A stretch of 64,000 nucleotides of DNA from Eledone cirrhosa (taxonomy: Eukaryota), in assembly GCA_964016885.1 (NCBI GenBank), contig OZ024742.1:134354001-134418000 (forward strand), in the 5' to 3' direction. The notes under the pieces are model-generated. The model had not been told where the DNA came from. It saw only the letters and a list, made by a program, of their open reading frames with translations, and ran no database searches. Position numbers and translations under genes: made by a program. Below, in pieces: positions 14,196-28,618 of this stretch (the stretch's first letter is position 1; the number at the start of each line of letters is the position of its first letter).

Positions 14196-17100
14196 GTGTG
14201 TCACAAACGTCAATAACATGGATTTTTTGTATTTCAGGTACATGTTTAATATTATTGTAAAATCATATGTTATGTCTTCTGTTCTATCAAGGAGATTATG
14301 ATATCACTTTTCATCTGGGGATAACACTTATTAAAATCTATTTCCTGCTTTTGATGCATTTATTTCTTATGTATGCATTCGAACATGAATCAATATTAGA
14401 TAAGAATATTATGGTTAGAAACGTAGGTGACCTTTTCCGAGATATCCGTATACGCATCCTGCTTGATTCCAGCAAAGTAAGAACGAAATATGAATGTATA
14501 TATGGAAGGGTATTGTATGTGATTGTGGGAAAGTGCCTGTGTCTGTGTTAATGTGTGTGTGTGCATGTGTGTGTATCTGTGTGCGTTTGAGGTTGGTTCA
14601 CGTGAAGTTATGTGTTTGTGGTGTTAAATGTATGAAGTTGTGCATGTTCCCCCTTATATGAAATTGCTTGTTTGAATGTATGCGTCTGTTAGACAAGCGC
14701 GTTGTACTTATATGCTTGGTTGTTTCAAACAAGATTATGTTAAATTCGTTTTACAGTGTGGAATTCAGTTTCGATGATGAAATCATGTCAGACAATAATG
14801 TTATTAAAAACTGTAAAATATATACGGGCAATATTAGCAACACTAGCATAACTAACACATCTCTGAGCTGTGGAATAATCCAACCACTTATCTTATTCGT
14901 TACATTTAAATCAATAACTATCCAGCTGTTATAAGCCGCGAAAATCCGGTTACAGGCTCTATGAAATGCTTATAGAAATACTAAGACAAAACTCAACCAA
15001 ACGTAAACCTCTTCATAGATAAGCAACTTCCACAACTTGGATAATTTGTTGTTCTGACAAGATTTTCTACAGCTAATGCAAAAAAAAAACGATTAAAATA
15101 ATAACACACACACAGTAATGTATCCTGACAGTTATAACACATACACACACACACACAAACCCACATACACACATACACACACACTAATGTATATCTACAA
15201 TTATATCACACACACACATACTAACGTATATATATTCTTCATTCCAAGCTCTTGAATGTAAACAAGAACTTCAGAAAATGAACATGAGTTGACTTTTATA
15301 ATAAATGCCTACTAATACCTTATTTCGAAATCAAACTAAACACTTATCGCGACTGTATACAACGGAGCGTAGGAGAAAGCTTATCTACATAAAATATTTT
15401 ATTAATAAAGGTCATGAATTATTTTGTTACATCTTGACGGAAATCAAACATAATACATTATGGATATATATAGCCAGAAAGAAATACTGTACCAATGGAA
15501 CAAGAAAGGCATACACCGACAAAAATGTGGGATAGATATATAAGCATTTTGGTTTATTAAATATGTGATGTAAAAATAATTTTATAGCAACCAATAGACC
15601 ATGTAATTAATAATGATGTGGTCTCATATAAAAATATATCTAAATCGATTGATATTATTTCACACTTTCGTTGAAAATAAGTTATACGAAACATAGACAA
15701 TGTTTTACAGCCTAAATGCAGGTGCAGAACGAACTGATACACACAAGATATGCACTCCATTGACATTAAAATCTACAAGTTGATTATATTGTGTTTTATT
15801 TTCTATAGAAAATCTCTCTGAGAATATATAATCAGCTTAATATGGCTTAATATTAATCGGGATTACACTGGAAAGATGTATAATATCATACAGGCAGTAC
15901 ATCCGAAACAATATATTACAGCCCATTACCAGTCATGAGCGAATATTTCAAGAATCAGCCATTTATGAAGAATTCGCCTCTGATACGAAGCCCACCCTAA
16001 GAAATCAAAAATCTATATAAGTGTTTGCTTCCGAGATTTCATTTTGAGTGCCCATATTTGTAGGAAGTTTAAATGCATCTAGATTCCAAACATTACAGAA
16101 ATATTACATGGAATATTCAGGATTAAGCTTTATAATATAACATGTTGTGCGTAAAGTTCAGCCACGTAGTATCCGTGTATACAGTATGGTATTCTTGCAA
16201 AACGATAGAAACATTATGTAAGATATATCAAAGGCGTGAATAGAGCAAATGAAATCCGTTCTCATATTGAAAGCATTCATTTCTTCCGCCACAAGGAAGA
16301 AGGGTTAACATATATCTGAATATACCCACTATATTTGTGTTTTATTGAAAAGAGAACCAATAAAAGTATATATATATATTTAGATGTTAACTTCCTAACG
16401 GATATGAACATTCGTTTGGAAATCAGCGGGAAAGAGAAAATTTATGGACAATGGCTTTGGATAAACAAACGTTTCTAACCATATTATGAATTCACATTGG
16501 GACCGATAAATAATGAATTTTCAGTTATCTTATTAAATGTTGACGTATTAATCCCGAAAGGCAGTGGTGTTCGTGTGGATACATAGACTAATATACACGG
16601 CTTTGCCAAATAAACGTATACATGAATTGGAAATATCTCGTGTTCATCTATACGTCAACAAATATATTTAGAAATATTATAAAATAAAATCATGCACTAG
16701 TGTTTCATTACTTCGTTTGAAAGATGTGCATTGTTGGTATGACGTACAATTGCGATAACAAAAGATAAGCCACATGTATATATACATTTGTGTACGTTAG
16801 CTGAATTATGCGGTTACATTGAAATCAATGCTGGCTTTACAGTATTTAGTATTCTGTATATCGAATACCTGTTTGTCTCTGTTGTACATAAGTTTAATAT
16901 GCACTTCCTCGTTATCATAAAACCTCTCAGTATTTATATAACAAATGTTTATTTACATGACCCGGGTTTTGTTTACATTAGGACTGAATAATAATGGTAA
17001 TTACATAGATGATATAGTTTCTTATGCACTTATTTTCTCGGCCGCAATAAGGTAAACTAGTCCGCTTTCTCCATAAAGGAATGTTTAGCCCTATATAACT

Positions 17101-18133
17101 TATGTATAGTTATGATAAAGAAGGAAATATATAAATGAAAAATAATTCAGGACAAACATAAAAGTATTTTGATATGTGTACCAAAATGAAACATTCGGGA
17201 AAATATAAGTTTATGTTAAATACATTTGGAAACATGTAATACCATCATTCTCGTGTCAATTTGCCAAGTTATTCCGACAAGGATAAAACGAACTGCATTT
17301 TATCTTAACTTATGAAAGGAAATAAAAATGTATCTTAGTTTACATACTGGAAAAGAAACAATGAAAAAAGAAAGAGTATATGGAAAAAGAACGAGAAATG
17401 GGAAAAAAAGAAACTCTACATCCCTGTCGAGGTGGTTTATATCAGCTGCGAACCGGTGACGTATTGGCGAAACTATTGCGCATAAAAGAGCCATCTACAG
17501 ATAGTACATCAGCCAATAGGGCTCAAAAGGTTCCTTTAGCAAGTGTTATGTGTCGTAAAGATTATAAGTATGCCGGAAAAAGGCAGATCGTGTATGGAAG
17601 CTACCAGAGGAATCTATGGCAACACGTACGAAAAGGAAGAGATCGTGCACGCAATATCTATTTCCTCTCTTCTGTGCCACAGGCGGGAGGTTTAGGAATT
17701 GTGACCAAACAAGAAGTTGGAAACAGAGAATGCGTCACAGTACGTCGCTTCCTAGTTTAACATTTTACTTATTCGAACGGGAAAGAGACGTGCTGATTGT
17801 TCCCCAAAGCCATTGTTGAACAAACAGGTGACGATCTGTCACCGGCACGCTCAAGCTTCAAATCGGACCGTTTGTTTACAAACGAAAGAATCATTATTTT
17901 TAATGTTCTGTATAACCCATACGTACATTTGTATGTATATATATATACATGTGTATGTGTATATATATATATATATATATATACAGTATTTTCCGTTGTG
18001 TTGTAATATAAATATTACACACAGTAGATTATCAGCTCACGTAGAGTTTGCTCGACGGTTCCAGTTGTAGTTCCAAAAGTAATCCGGAGAAAAATAGAAA
18101 GATTTGAATGGATACAGTTTAGTTGAAAGGAAT

Positions 18134-18250
18134 TTATTGACACGTGTTTCTATAACAGTTACATAACCTAAAACAGCTATCTACAAACTTTTAGTTATGC
18201 AGACATTCAATATTTCAATGTTATTATTTACTGTCATTTCATCAGAATAA
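18134..18250 (-). ncRNA. Type I hammerhead ribozyme motif, mirror copy
   Basis: Reverse complement of 18694-18810 within the fold-back. Confidence 0.85.
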
Positions 18251-18693
18251 TATTACTGAGGACCTATTTAGTTTTTATAGAGAATATTAGGAGGGAGGGG
18301 TGAAGTTGTTGGAAGAATAGTTGAAGGAGTGGTTTTTCGATAGCAGTGAGAATTCTTGGTGGCAGTGAGTAATTAGATTCCCATCTGTTGTTTTGACATT
18401 TTTTATAGAATATATTATTGGTTATTTTTCTAAATCTATAGAAGGATTAGAGATAGTAAAGATATGCGTGGTTGGACGCATATCTTTACTATCTCTAATC
18501 CTTCTATAGATTTAGAAAAATAACCAATAATATATTCTATAAAAAATGTCAAAAGAGAGATGGGAATCTAATTACTCACTGCCACCAAGAATTCTCACTG
18601 CTATCGAAAAACCACTCCTTCAACTATTCTTCCAACAACTTCACCCCTCCCTCCTAATATTCTCTATAAAAACTAAATAGGTCCTCAGTAATA

Positions 18694-18810
18694 TTATTCT
18701 GATGAAATGACAGTAAATAATAACATTGAAATATTGAATGTCTGCATAACTAAAAGTTTGTAGATAGCTGTTTTAGGTTATGTAACTGTTATAGAAACAC
18801 GTGTCAATAA
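18694..18810 (+). ncRNA. Type I hammerhead ribozyme motif with intact core
   Basis: TTATT-CTGATGA-A-ATGACAGT...ACTGTTAT-A-GAAA-CACGTG-TC-AATAA: 5-bp stem I, 8-bp stem II base, palindromic stem III, GUC triplet. Confidence 0.85.
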
Positions 18811-20042
18811 ATTCCTTTCAACTAAACTGTATCCATTCAAATCTTTCTATATATATATATATATATTAGTATATGTTGGTTGTATACCGACACCTCAGTA
18901 TGCAGATTAAAGCACTTGACGAAGTATGCAGGTTGGTTTGTTTATTCCGGGGTAATGTAAAATAATTAAGTCAAATATGTAAAATGTGGCTTCGTTTATT
19001 ATAAATTATAGATATACTGATATATATATTTGTGATAGCCATCATTGTCTGTGACCTCTTCAGGCAGTCCGAATTGGTGTGGAAAAGAGAGGTACACATG
19101 TTGGTGAAGTGAGTTTTACTCCGTCAATACATCGATATGTTCAGCTCCTGGTTGTGATGTTATTCCTCTCAGGAACTGGAATGATATGGGTTAGAACAAA
19201 TGGATTTCGGTTTCATAGGACACTCTCGCATCCGATTGGTCAGTTGTGAGAACATTCCTGGGTCCAAAGTCTATAGCAATTTTTCTGAGGCAAGTCAATC
19301 TGTTATAGATTTTTTTGTCTAAATGTTTAAGAACAGCTGACCGCCTCCATTGTGTTGGTGTTAAGGGGTCAGCTGGCAGGTCAGCTTTAGTGTGCTGCGA
19401 CTTTGTTCTGAAGAATATATGTGTAGGCTGGCATCTATCTTGCCACCATTTCGCGTGGTAGTGGGTGCCAACTATATAAAGAATGCGTGTGTGTTACAAC
19501 CAATATCAAATTTTGAAAGATTTTAAAATATTTGAAAAAATATTAACTGAAGTAGAAAACCAGTGTGTCAGAATCGAGAAGTGTAAAGAATTATAATTCT
19601 TATGTTATCATCGAGTGGTGCGTTTTAAGAACAAATGAGTCAAAAGTTGAGTGTAAATCACCAAAAACCTGTGTGTCAAAATCTGGAAATGCATACAGTA
19701 CATATGCGCGATGTCAACGCACATCGTTGCAAGCGCACACGCACAAACACAGGCTCAGGTGTATCCTCATATTACATCTTCAGAGTCACACACTAACATG
19801 CATACAAATAGATCCATATAGGCCCACATGTGGGTACACCCACACGGACACAGGGTCAGAGTCCTTTCTGGAGGTAGAGAGAGGGGTAAGTTGTAGTAAA
19901 CGGCGCGTGATTTTTACTTGTCTTATTTATCCCTGAATCATTCGTACGAGTGGGGTCGGGTTCCAGTCAGTATATCCTCTGGGTATTCGCGTCACAAGCC
20001 GGGGTTAGGTGCTGCGTCCCGCTGGTCGGAACTTGGTGTGCC

Positions 20043-20114
<72 letters not shown>

Positions 20115-20339
20115 ATATGTTTGTTTACGTGTGCTTACTTACATTTATGTATCAACACTGCTAGGGCGAGAAATGAAATTCTAATTTAATTCTTTTTAAT
20201 AATTCGTTTTACATATACCTTTGATTTTACAGAAGACAGAACAATTGATATTATTTGAAATTATTCGACGGTGTACATTAATTTACCTTTTTGAGGATAG
20301 TGTCATGTCACTATTGATCTAATTACGAATATGAGACGG

Positions 20340-20875
20340 GAAACAGAAAGGGTAAGACAGCAGGAAGACGATCGTAACTTTCTGAGAGTGTACAGAACCT
20401 GAGACAGGAAACAAAAAGATTAAGGCAAAAAGAAAGACTATTGCAACAAACAGAGGCTCAATATGAAAATCACCAAGAGTCAATGATTGTTGAGATGCAA
20501 ACTCGACGAGCACAAATAACTCTTGAAGGCACAACAAACTGGGTAAGAGCTGCGTTTTCATATGATGACTCGAAGAATTATAGAAATGATCTTAAAGTCG
20601 CGATGGATAGCATGGATATTACGCTTGGCATGTGTTGCTTAGGAGAAAAGTTCAGACTTCCACTGACAGAGGGCTCTCCATCTTTTATACATATGCTGCT
20701 TACAGACCAAACTAACGAAGCTAAACACTTCAGAAACAATGTTACGTGGTGTATTGCTGCGTTTCAGATGATGTCCTTTGTAGCTGAAAAAGATCATCAT
20801 GACTATGGTCGTTTCACAACATTTAAAATACAAGGCAATGCTACCATTTAATCGGCAGTTTACTCACCCAGCCTA
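20340..20875 (+). mobile_element. Helitron RepHel N-terminal fragment (pseudogenised)
   Basis: ORF 20441-20851 has AAFSYD..Y, GMCC.GEKFRLP, KHFRNNV...AAFQMMSF and TFKIQG, then a frameshifted CYHLIGSLL. These match Helitron RepHel N-terminal motifs (MCC..GKV.LP; FQMTSFG; FKIQGQ.YH.IGSL). Confidence 0.85.
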
Positions 20876-21648
20876 AAAAGGAAATGTTATGCTTGTTTGT
20901 TATGTTTTTATCTCTCTTCCTATTTCTCTTTCACACACACATACACCCCCCATACCCCCCCACACACACATACACACACACATGCACATTACCGTCTCAC
21001 CCCATACTGTAGACGAAACAAGACATCCAATACAGTCGTTTTCTCTTTTATCCGTCTTCTCGTAAGTGTTCTCCCTCTAGCCATAGTTCTTAATCCCAAA
21101 AGTCTAGTACCGCAAACCCCATTAATACATATCGTTTACAAATTACCCACAGCATAGAAAACATAAGACCCCCTACCCCCGTACGTTCATCCTAAATTCT
21201 TTCTCACCGTATTCTTATCCTTAACTTATGTTTAATTTACCTTTATTTATTTATCTTTAACAAACATCTGACCAACACAAACACCATATCTCTTAGGTCT
21301 ATCATCACACCCTTTCATCTCCCATCAATTATCGCCCCTAACCACCTCTACAATCTCACCCAGCATCCTCGCTTCACCATATATACGCCATAATTCATAT
21401 GATACAGCTAAAACACCACACCCCCAAACATCACACCAAAAGTTGCTTTCCACCACTTTCTATCTCTCTCACCATCTCTTCAAATATACCGAATCGTTTT
21501 ATAATATTTCTACGCCCTAACAGGGCCATTTTGACATCACCACAAGAGAGATCCGGCGACCTTTTAAATCCAGAGTCGGGCTAGATTGATAGAGATCGAA
21601 CCTTGAGCTGATCAATAGCGAAACGCGCGTTACTATTCAATAACCGTA

Positions 21649-21716
21649 ATGGAAACATTACAAATCGTCCTTTTTATTATATATATAATAAAAAGGACGA
21701 TTTGTAATGTTTCCAT
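21649..21716. repeat. Perfect 68-bp palindrome at the end of a PLE-like repeat, abutting (TA)n
   Basis: ATGGAAACATTACAAATCGTCCTTTTTATTATAT|ATATAATAAAAAGGACGATTTGTAATGTTTCCAT; preceded by GAAA-CGCGCG-TT at 21620-21631. Confidence 0.9.
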
Positions 21717-22116
21717 ATATATATATATGTGTGTGTGAGTGTGTGTGTGTGTATATATATATAGGCAGAGAGAACAAAGGAGAGATAAGTAAATGATAGA
21801 TAAAAGTAAAGATATACATGCAATGGGACCTTAATCGCTATCGTTTAGAGCTTATCGGTGGAGTTTAGTAGTTCGTGCGTTATTAATTTCCTTATACGGT
21901 AGGTGTCTTATGGTTGAGTTCGTATGTGGATATATGAGGATCTTTCTTCAAATTATAGTTTGTTCTCCGCGCGCGCACACACGCACACACGCATGATTAC
22001 ATATGTATATAGTATATACTTATAACAACAATGTCGACACACAAGCGTACTTATATACATACATAGATAAATACACATATACAAACAGCCACACACCCAC
22101 ATGTACACACACACAT

Positions 22117-22176
<60 letters not shown>

Positions 22177-25100
22177 GCGTGTGTGTATGTGTGTGTGATG
22201 TGGAGGTATTCTAGTTACTACTCTATTACTGTGTCACCTGTCGCATTTACTGCCATAGCCAACACATACATGAATCGAATCCAATCGATCGATTAGTTAA
22301 TGTTTAGGCGAAAGCCGATGATGAAGCCACATGATCCGATTGTGTATTATTGCATAATAAATACAGAAAATGGATGCTCTACGTTCTCTTAATTATTAAA
22401 ATGTTGTTCAAACTCGAGTACTGGTATAAATGTATGGTACTCGTTTACGTGTGCTGTATCATGGCAAATAACTCTGTGTCTTCTCTGGGATTTAGTCATA
22501 ACTTTACCTATTGAGTACGCTCTGATGTAACCGATACTAGCAGGAAAACCATAATTCAATTATACACAGCTCCAAACACCAAGTGTTATGTATTGCATAT
22601 ATGGGTATGAGCCTGAAAATATGTTTGCGTGTGTATATCGTTTCTATTTGTAAATTATTTTCACAGGAATACATAACTTAATATTGAAAGTTACGATTAA
22701 GATCAAATATGCTGGAGACAAAGCTATATACTATAAGCTATAAGATATGTTATCCTTCCAATATCTGCTGCTGCATAACTGATATTTCAAATCATAGAAC
22801 GTGTTCGCTTATTAAAAAGAATAAATTGAGGAAGAGATTGAGAGAGAAAGATGGAGAGTGTAGAAAATAAATAAAATAATGCTGAAAATAAAAATATGTG
22901 TGTGTGTATAGAAACGTATATATATTCGAATATATATACTTGTATATAGAAACGGATGTAGAGATTGAATAAACCAGTGTGTGAAAGGGAGAGCTTGTGT
23001 GCCAGAAGAGAGAGAGAGTGTGAGGGCGAGATAGATGAAGATATTACGGTTAATTTTATATATTGTTGACATGAACATAATTTTGCTTCTGAGCATAAAT
23101 TATCGAACAGACTTAAATTGCAATAACATTTCGGCAAATAGACTTGGAATTTTACTGATTAATGGATTATTTTGGAAACGAAGTTCGTCTTCGATAAGAG
23201 AGGAAAATATGTTCATATTTTCCTGTTCATTCATCATACATATATTTTTGGTTGCTTTGTGGAATATATCGTATTCTGTAACAATACACAATACATCAGC
23301 TGACACTTTGGTATTTTGTGTTGATTTAAATGCAGAGCCACATAAATCAGTAGAAAGTTATTGTTAATAGTAAAATACAAAAAGAAAACGTTCATTCAAA
23401 GAACATCATAGTACTAAAGAAGAAATAAAGTAAAAATCAACCATAAACGATTATGAAATATATCGGCTGGAATATAATAGCATCTAATATGTATTATCTT
23501 AGTTTTTAGTAATTGTCAACAATACAGGGTTTGAATAACACATTTTTGTCATTTCATCATACGTTTGTAACCAAAACCTCTGAAATGGCATGAACATCAG
23601 AGAATCTCAGTTACAGACTATTCGCATGGATAAAATAGACATGGTATAAATATCCGAAGAATGATTTTCAATGACGGAAGAAAATCTGGTCAAAAGTATT
23701 TATTACAAGATTGAAGAAAAGAAACTTTCTGATTTCAGTCTAAATTTAAAAGTGTAACACCACAGATCTGTTTTTAAAGAGCTAGATACAAGAAAACAGG
23801 TTCTGTGAAGTTGGCACTATTGTATTAATGAGAGAATAGATGACATTTAGAAAAGCAATCAATCTAAAACAAAAACTCCCCGCACAATTGTGAGAGTGGA
23901 CTAAACCTTAAAAAATAATCAATCTTGCACTGTTGACAAGTTAACCGATATTTGATTCCTCTTAGATTCTATATTTTATGGTTTGATATTTTAGGTTTTT
24001 ACATTCGTAAGAAGCTAGTCTTTATATATTAAATATGTGATGCATAAATATGAGAATGACTTGATTCTGAAAACACATGAATAATATAATTTCAGGGTGA
24101 ATCTCGTAATCGCCCAGACACCCACGTTCATACCACACACACACACACAAACACTCACATAATGTCTAATCGCATTCTCTTTAGGTTTCTTTTTTCATTT
24201 AGTGCCTTTTCTTGGTGTCTGCCTCAAGTGTTCACCCAAAATTTGAACTAATGTCCTAAATTCCTCTTTCAAATATCAGATGTCACAAAAAGCATTTTTG
24301 CCGCTGCCCTTCATATATTGAAAGGGATATCCATAAAAACGAAATTAAATTTACATTAAGAGCATTAAAAAGCAAAAGAGAAGTAATGGTATTATTTGAA
24401 TGTAGACGTATACATGCGTTAAAATTCGACTGCTGTGTAATGAATTCCTAACTACACTAAATTAACAAAGGCCTGCTACTTTTTCGCAAAGAATGAGAAA
24501 TTATACCGAATGGAGATAAATGTTTGGTGTAAAATCAGTTGTAGCATGATGACCACAAAATATTGACATTTTTTAAATAATTGAGCTCCTTGAAAATATT
24601 TTGTGATGGTACGATCTTATATGAAGAATATGTTATAATGTACTAATGTCAAGTCGAGACGCCCGGAGTCTTGGCTACCAGTTACGGCCCAAGCTGTCAT
24701 TGATACCTAGTGAAAAAACACTAGATTTACCAAAGGTTCACCAGTGCATGAGTAAACTGTTGCGTAACCTAAGAGTTTATATTATTTTTCATTAATGGCC
24801 GTGACAAGTGCAAGGGAGCACTAAAAGTGTCTTTCAGGCAACATATATGACCTTAGAAATGCTGGAAATGATAAAAATCTGACGATATTTTGAAATAAAT
24901 ATGAGAATGATAATGGGAGGGACTCCACTGTGTTTCCGAATATCGGATTGTTATGACGCGTATATCTAGAGTCTTTTGAAAATAGTCCCGCAAATCTGCA
25001 AAAAGGTACATAGGAATTATCTAGCGTTTTCTGGGGAAATTTCTATGCAAATTCGCTCGGAAATATGAAATTCCTACGCGTGAGTTTACTGCTTGCAGAA

Positions 25101-26509
25101 ATGACATGGTTCCATATACAAATCCTTAGAGCATTGTTGAATATCTTCTCCATGCATTCGCACAAATATTTTTTTTGTTAAGAAGGTAAAATAGTAGGCC
25201 TAGTTCTGAATATATATATCATAAGGAAATCGCATTATATGGAACCTAAATATTTCCTAAACTAATCGATTCACGAAATTACAGTTTTGCGAGTGTGAGA
25301 AAGATCATACAGTACAGAAATTACAAATATATTTAGGGACATAAGTATATGATGTGTAAAGAGAAAAAAATAAAAAGAATAATAAATAGAAATACAAACT
25401 AAATATAAAATACAAATCTGTTAGTGATCCGTCAATTGTCTTTAGTAGATTTATCAGGTAATACATATTGAGTATCAATAAGTATGTATACAAATTAAAA
25501 AGGCAGAACGAAAGCAAAATATAAGATGCAAACAATTCCAAAATATGTACATTCATAGCAGATCTAGCGTACCCAATGCAGTACAAATAATGTCAATAAA
25601 AAAGAGGAAATGAGTTGGAGGGACAACAATGCTTATATATAAAGACACAAACACATTTAATAAAAATAGTAGTTCTGTTATGTTTTGTTTTATATTTATA
25701 TATACATACTTTGTGGATATTCACTACTTGAGAATTCGATCGTGAAATATATAACTAAAACTTATAGCAACAAGATGTGGAGCTCAAACGTGTAGAAGCG
25801 AATATATTAATGGCCCATTGAAAAATCGTTCCGCGAGAATGATGTTGGATGGTACAGATCAAAGTGAAGGAAATCATGTGTAAATGGAACGTTAATTAGA
25901 TCTATGACCATTTTGGGAGGAAATCGTAATGTAGAATGTACCTGAAGGAATATAGCGTAAAAAGACAAGGAGGAATAAAAGGCAAACAGAATGTATAAAA
26001 AAACGAAGGTTAAAATGTAAGAGAGAGAGAGAGAGAGAGAGAGTGAGAGAGAGAGCGAGAAAGAGAGAGAGAGAGAAGGTGTAAATAACGTGGAGGATGA
26101 GAAAATAAAAAAGAGAGTGGCGTATAGAAAATGAGAGAAAGATCAAGTGAAAGAGAGAGTTTTGGTGTTAATGTCTGCAAATTAAAGAGAGATGAAAAAC
26201 GGAGTTTAGTCACACGAGTATGAGAAGAGAGAAATATAAGATGGTGAAAAATGGTGATTTAGTGGGAGTGAGAGAATTAAAAAGGGAAGAAATGAGAGAA
26301 TTAGATCTGGGGATGGATGGATGGTGAGAGAGCAATGTATCTAAATGATGAAAAGCAAGGATTCAATGAGGCAGAAATATACATAGATAGAAAGAGAAAG
26401 TGAGAATGATACAGAGATGGAGAGCGAGAAAAGGACAAAAAAAAAGATTGAATGAAATACAATATTATGAATAGTGGGGTAACCGTATACACAACGTTCC
26501 CAATATATG

Positions 26510-26610
<101 letters not shown>

Positions 26611-26763
26611 AGAGACAGAAGGAGAGAGAGAGGGAGAGAGAGAGGCAAAGGGGGATATAAAAAGTGGGATATAGAAGAATACTTTATAGAGGGAGGTAAT
26701 ATGACTATTACATGAAATCGAGCCTGAGAAATATGGGGCACACAGAAAAGTATCTCTCTCTCT

Positions 26764-26794
<31 letters not shown>

Positions 26795-27687
26795 TTATAA
26801 ATATATATACTTATATATATAGAGAGAGAGAGATGACTTGTACAGGACTAGAACAGTTTCGTTCGTTTCATTTGTATAAGAATCGGATATAAGTATATAT
26901 ATATATATATGTGTGTGTTTGTGTGTGTATGTGTGTGTGTGTGTGTATAATAGAGATATAAAATACCAGAGAGACACAGAGATAAATATAAAGTAGTGGG
27001 AGAGAATGAATGAAAGAGGAAATACAAAAACAGTCACGTTTATATATGAAGCGCGTACGGTTTCATTGAATAAATATGTATAAATATTCACCAGAAGTCC
27101 AGATGTGTAATGCTAGAATTCACCTCCGAGTATGTTTTTGTTTATTTGTTTCACATAGGCATTTGTCATAAACTTGACTGGATCCTAGATATACAAGTCC
27201 AAACATGTATTGTTCTTTCAAAGTTTTCTCACCTGCACACATGCGTACGCTATTCTATGTTCGAAAGAAAAACATTTGTTTTGTTATCGCTTCCTTCCTT
27301 TACCGCAGGCGTCTATATGTTATATAACATTTCGGAAGATAGCTCGTTTTCTTCATACTTCATCGTTACTGTATGACGATTTTTTTACATATTCTGTATG
27401 TACATTCGTTTCTTTATTGTGTACTATCGAGTAGTAAAAAAAACTCCCAGGAGAGCTGGACAGTAGAGAATATGGAAGATTTACAAGCTACTAAGTCTGC
27501 GGTAGATTCCAGGGACAACCTATGCATCAGGACCGTGTGTTGCAACGCAACATGTCGTAGCATTATTACGTAATCTACAGAAAATGTCTGAAGAAAGAAT
27601 GTTTCCGTTTCTCTCAATATGTCACTCTCTCTCACTCTCTGTATATCTATATGTTATGATGCAACACTGAATCCTTGTTTCTTATCC

Positions 27688-27830
<143 letters not shown>

Positions 27831-27854
27831 TAGAATTGGAGCTCTGGAATAGCA

Positions 27855-28263
27855 ATATATATATGAATGTATATATAATGTATTTTGCAATACACTTTAT
27901 GCTCAATTAAAAGCATTTTGAAGACCGTATGCTATTGTTTTAGAGTAGTGACAAACTCATTTACTTTAATCTCAGCAAACAAGGGGAGATAAGTCGACAA
28001 GGCCTTGTTTCGCATTTATTGATGCTTATCAAGGCTAACTACTCCCTCCTGTCTACTGAGATCACTGATGTTATATTCTTATAGAATTCTAGTAAATAAT
28101 AAATGCGAAACAAGGCATTGTCGGCTTATCTCCCCTTGTTTGCTGAGATTAAAGTAAGTGAGTTTGTCACTACTCTAAAACAATAGCATACGGTCTTCAA
28201 AATGCTTTTAATTAAGCATAAAGTGTATCGCAAAATACATTATATATACATTCATATATATAT
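27855..28263. mobile_element. Fold-back PLE-like element, ~166-bp arms with 77-bp spacer
   Basis: 27855-28020 and 28098-28263 are reverse complements with about 5 mismatches; TA-rich ends. Confidence 0.88.
27992..28036 (-). ncRNA. Decayed minimal hammerhead motif
   Basis: Minus strand: AGCC-TTGATAA-GCAT CAATAA ATGC-GAAA-CAAGGCCTTG-TC-GACT. The other arm reads TC-GGCT, which restores stem I. The core is two transitions away from CTGATGA. Confidence 0.6.
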
Positions 28264-28618
28264 AAGTTTATTTTAAAAACTACCTGGTTGAGAGCTTATT
28301 CGATTTGTGCTATTTATGTAATTGTTTGCATGGTATACACATACTGAATTCATTTGCCAAAATCTGGGGTTCTTTCCCCTTGTGAGTTCCACGCGTTTGT
28401 TTTACGAGCCTCTGTGTCACTCACAAATTTGGTACAGAGCAGAATACCTGTTGATAACGTGATATTCCTTGTTAGATCATCATACCTAAAGCAAACAGTA
28501 TTTTGATTTAGGTGTCATAGAAACCCTGCATTTGGATTTTAACATCAATCGCAACGGGTTCAGGTCTGTGATTTCTTTATCATTTATTTTTATCATTTAT
28601 TCTTTATCATTTATTTTG

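Larger units (their letters stand above)
18094..18850. mobile_element. Fold-back PLE-like element, ~375-bp arms with 6-nt loop
   Basis: 18094-18469 and 18476-18850 are reverse complements with one small divergent patch; loop GGTTGG. The right arm ends in (TA)n, and the left arm continues on the minus strand into a tail related to 47260-47330. Confidence 0.9.
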
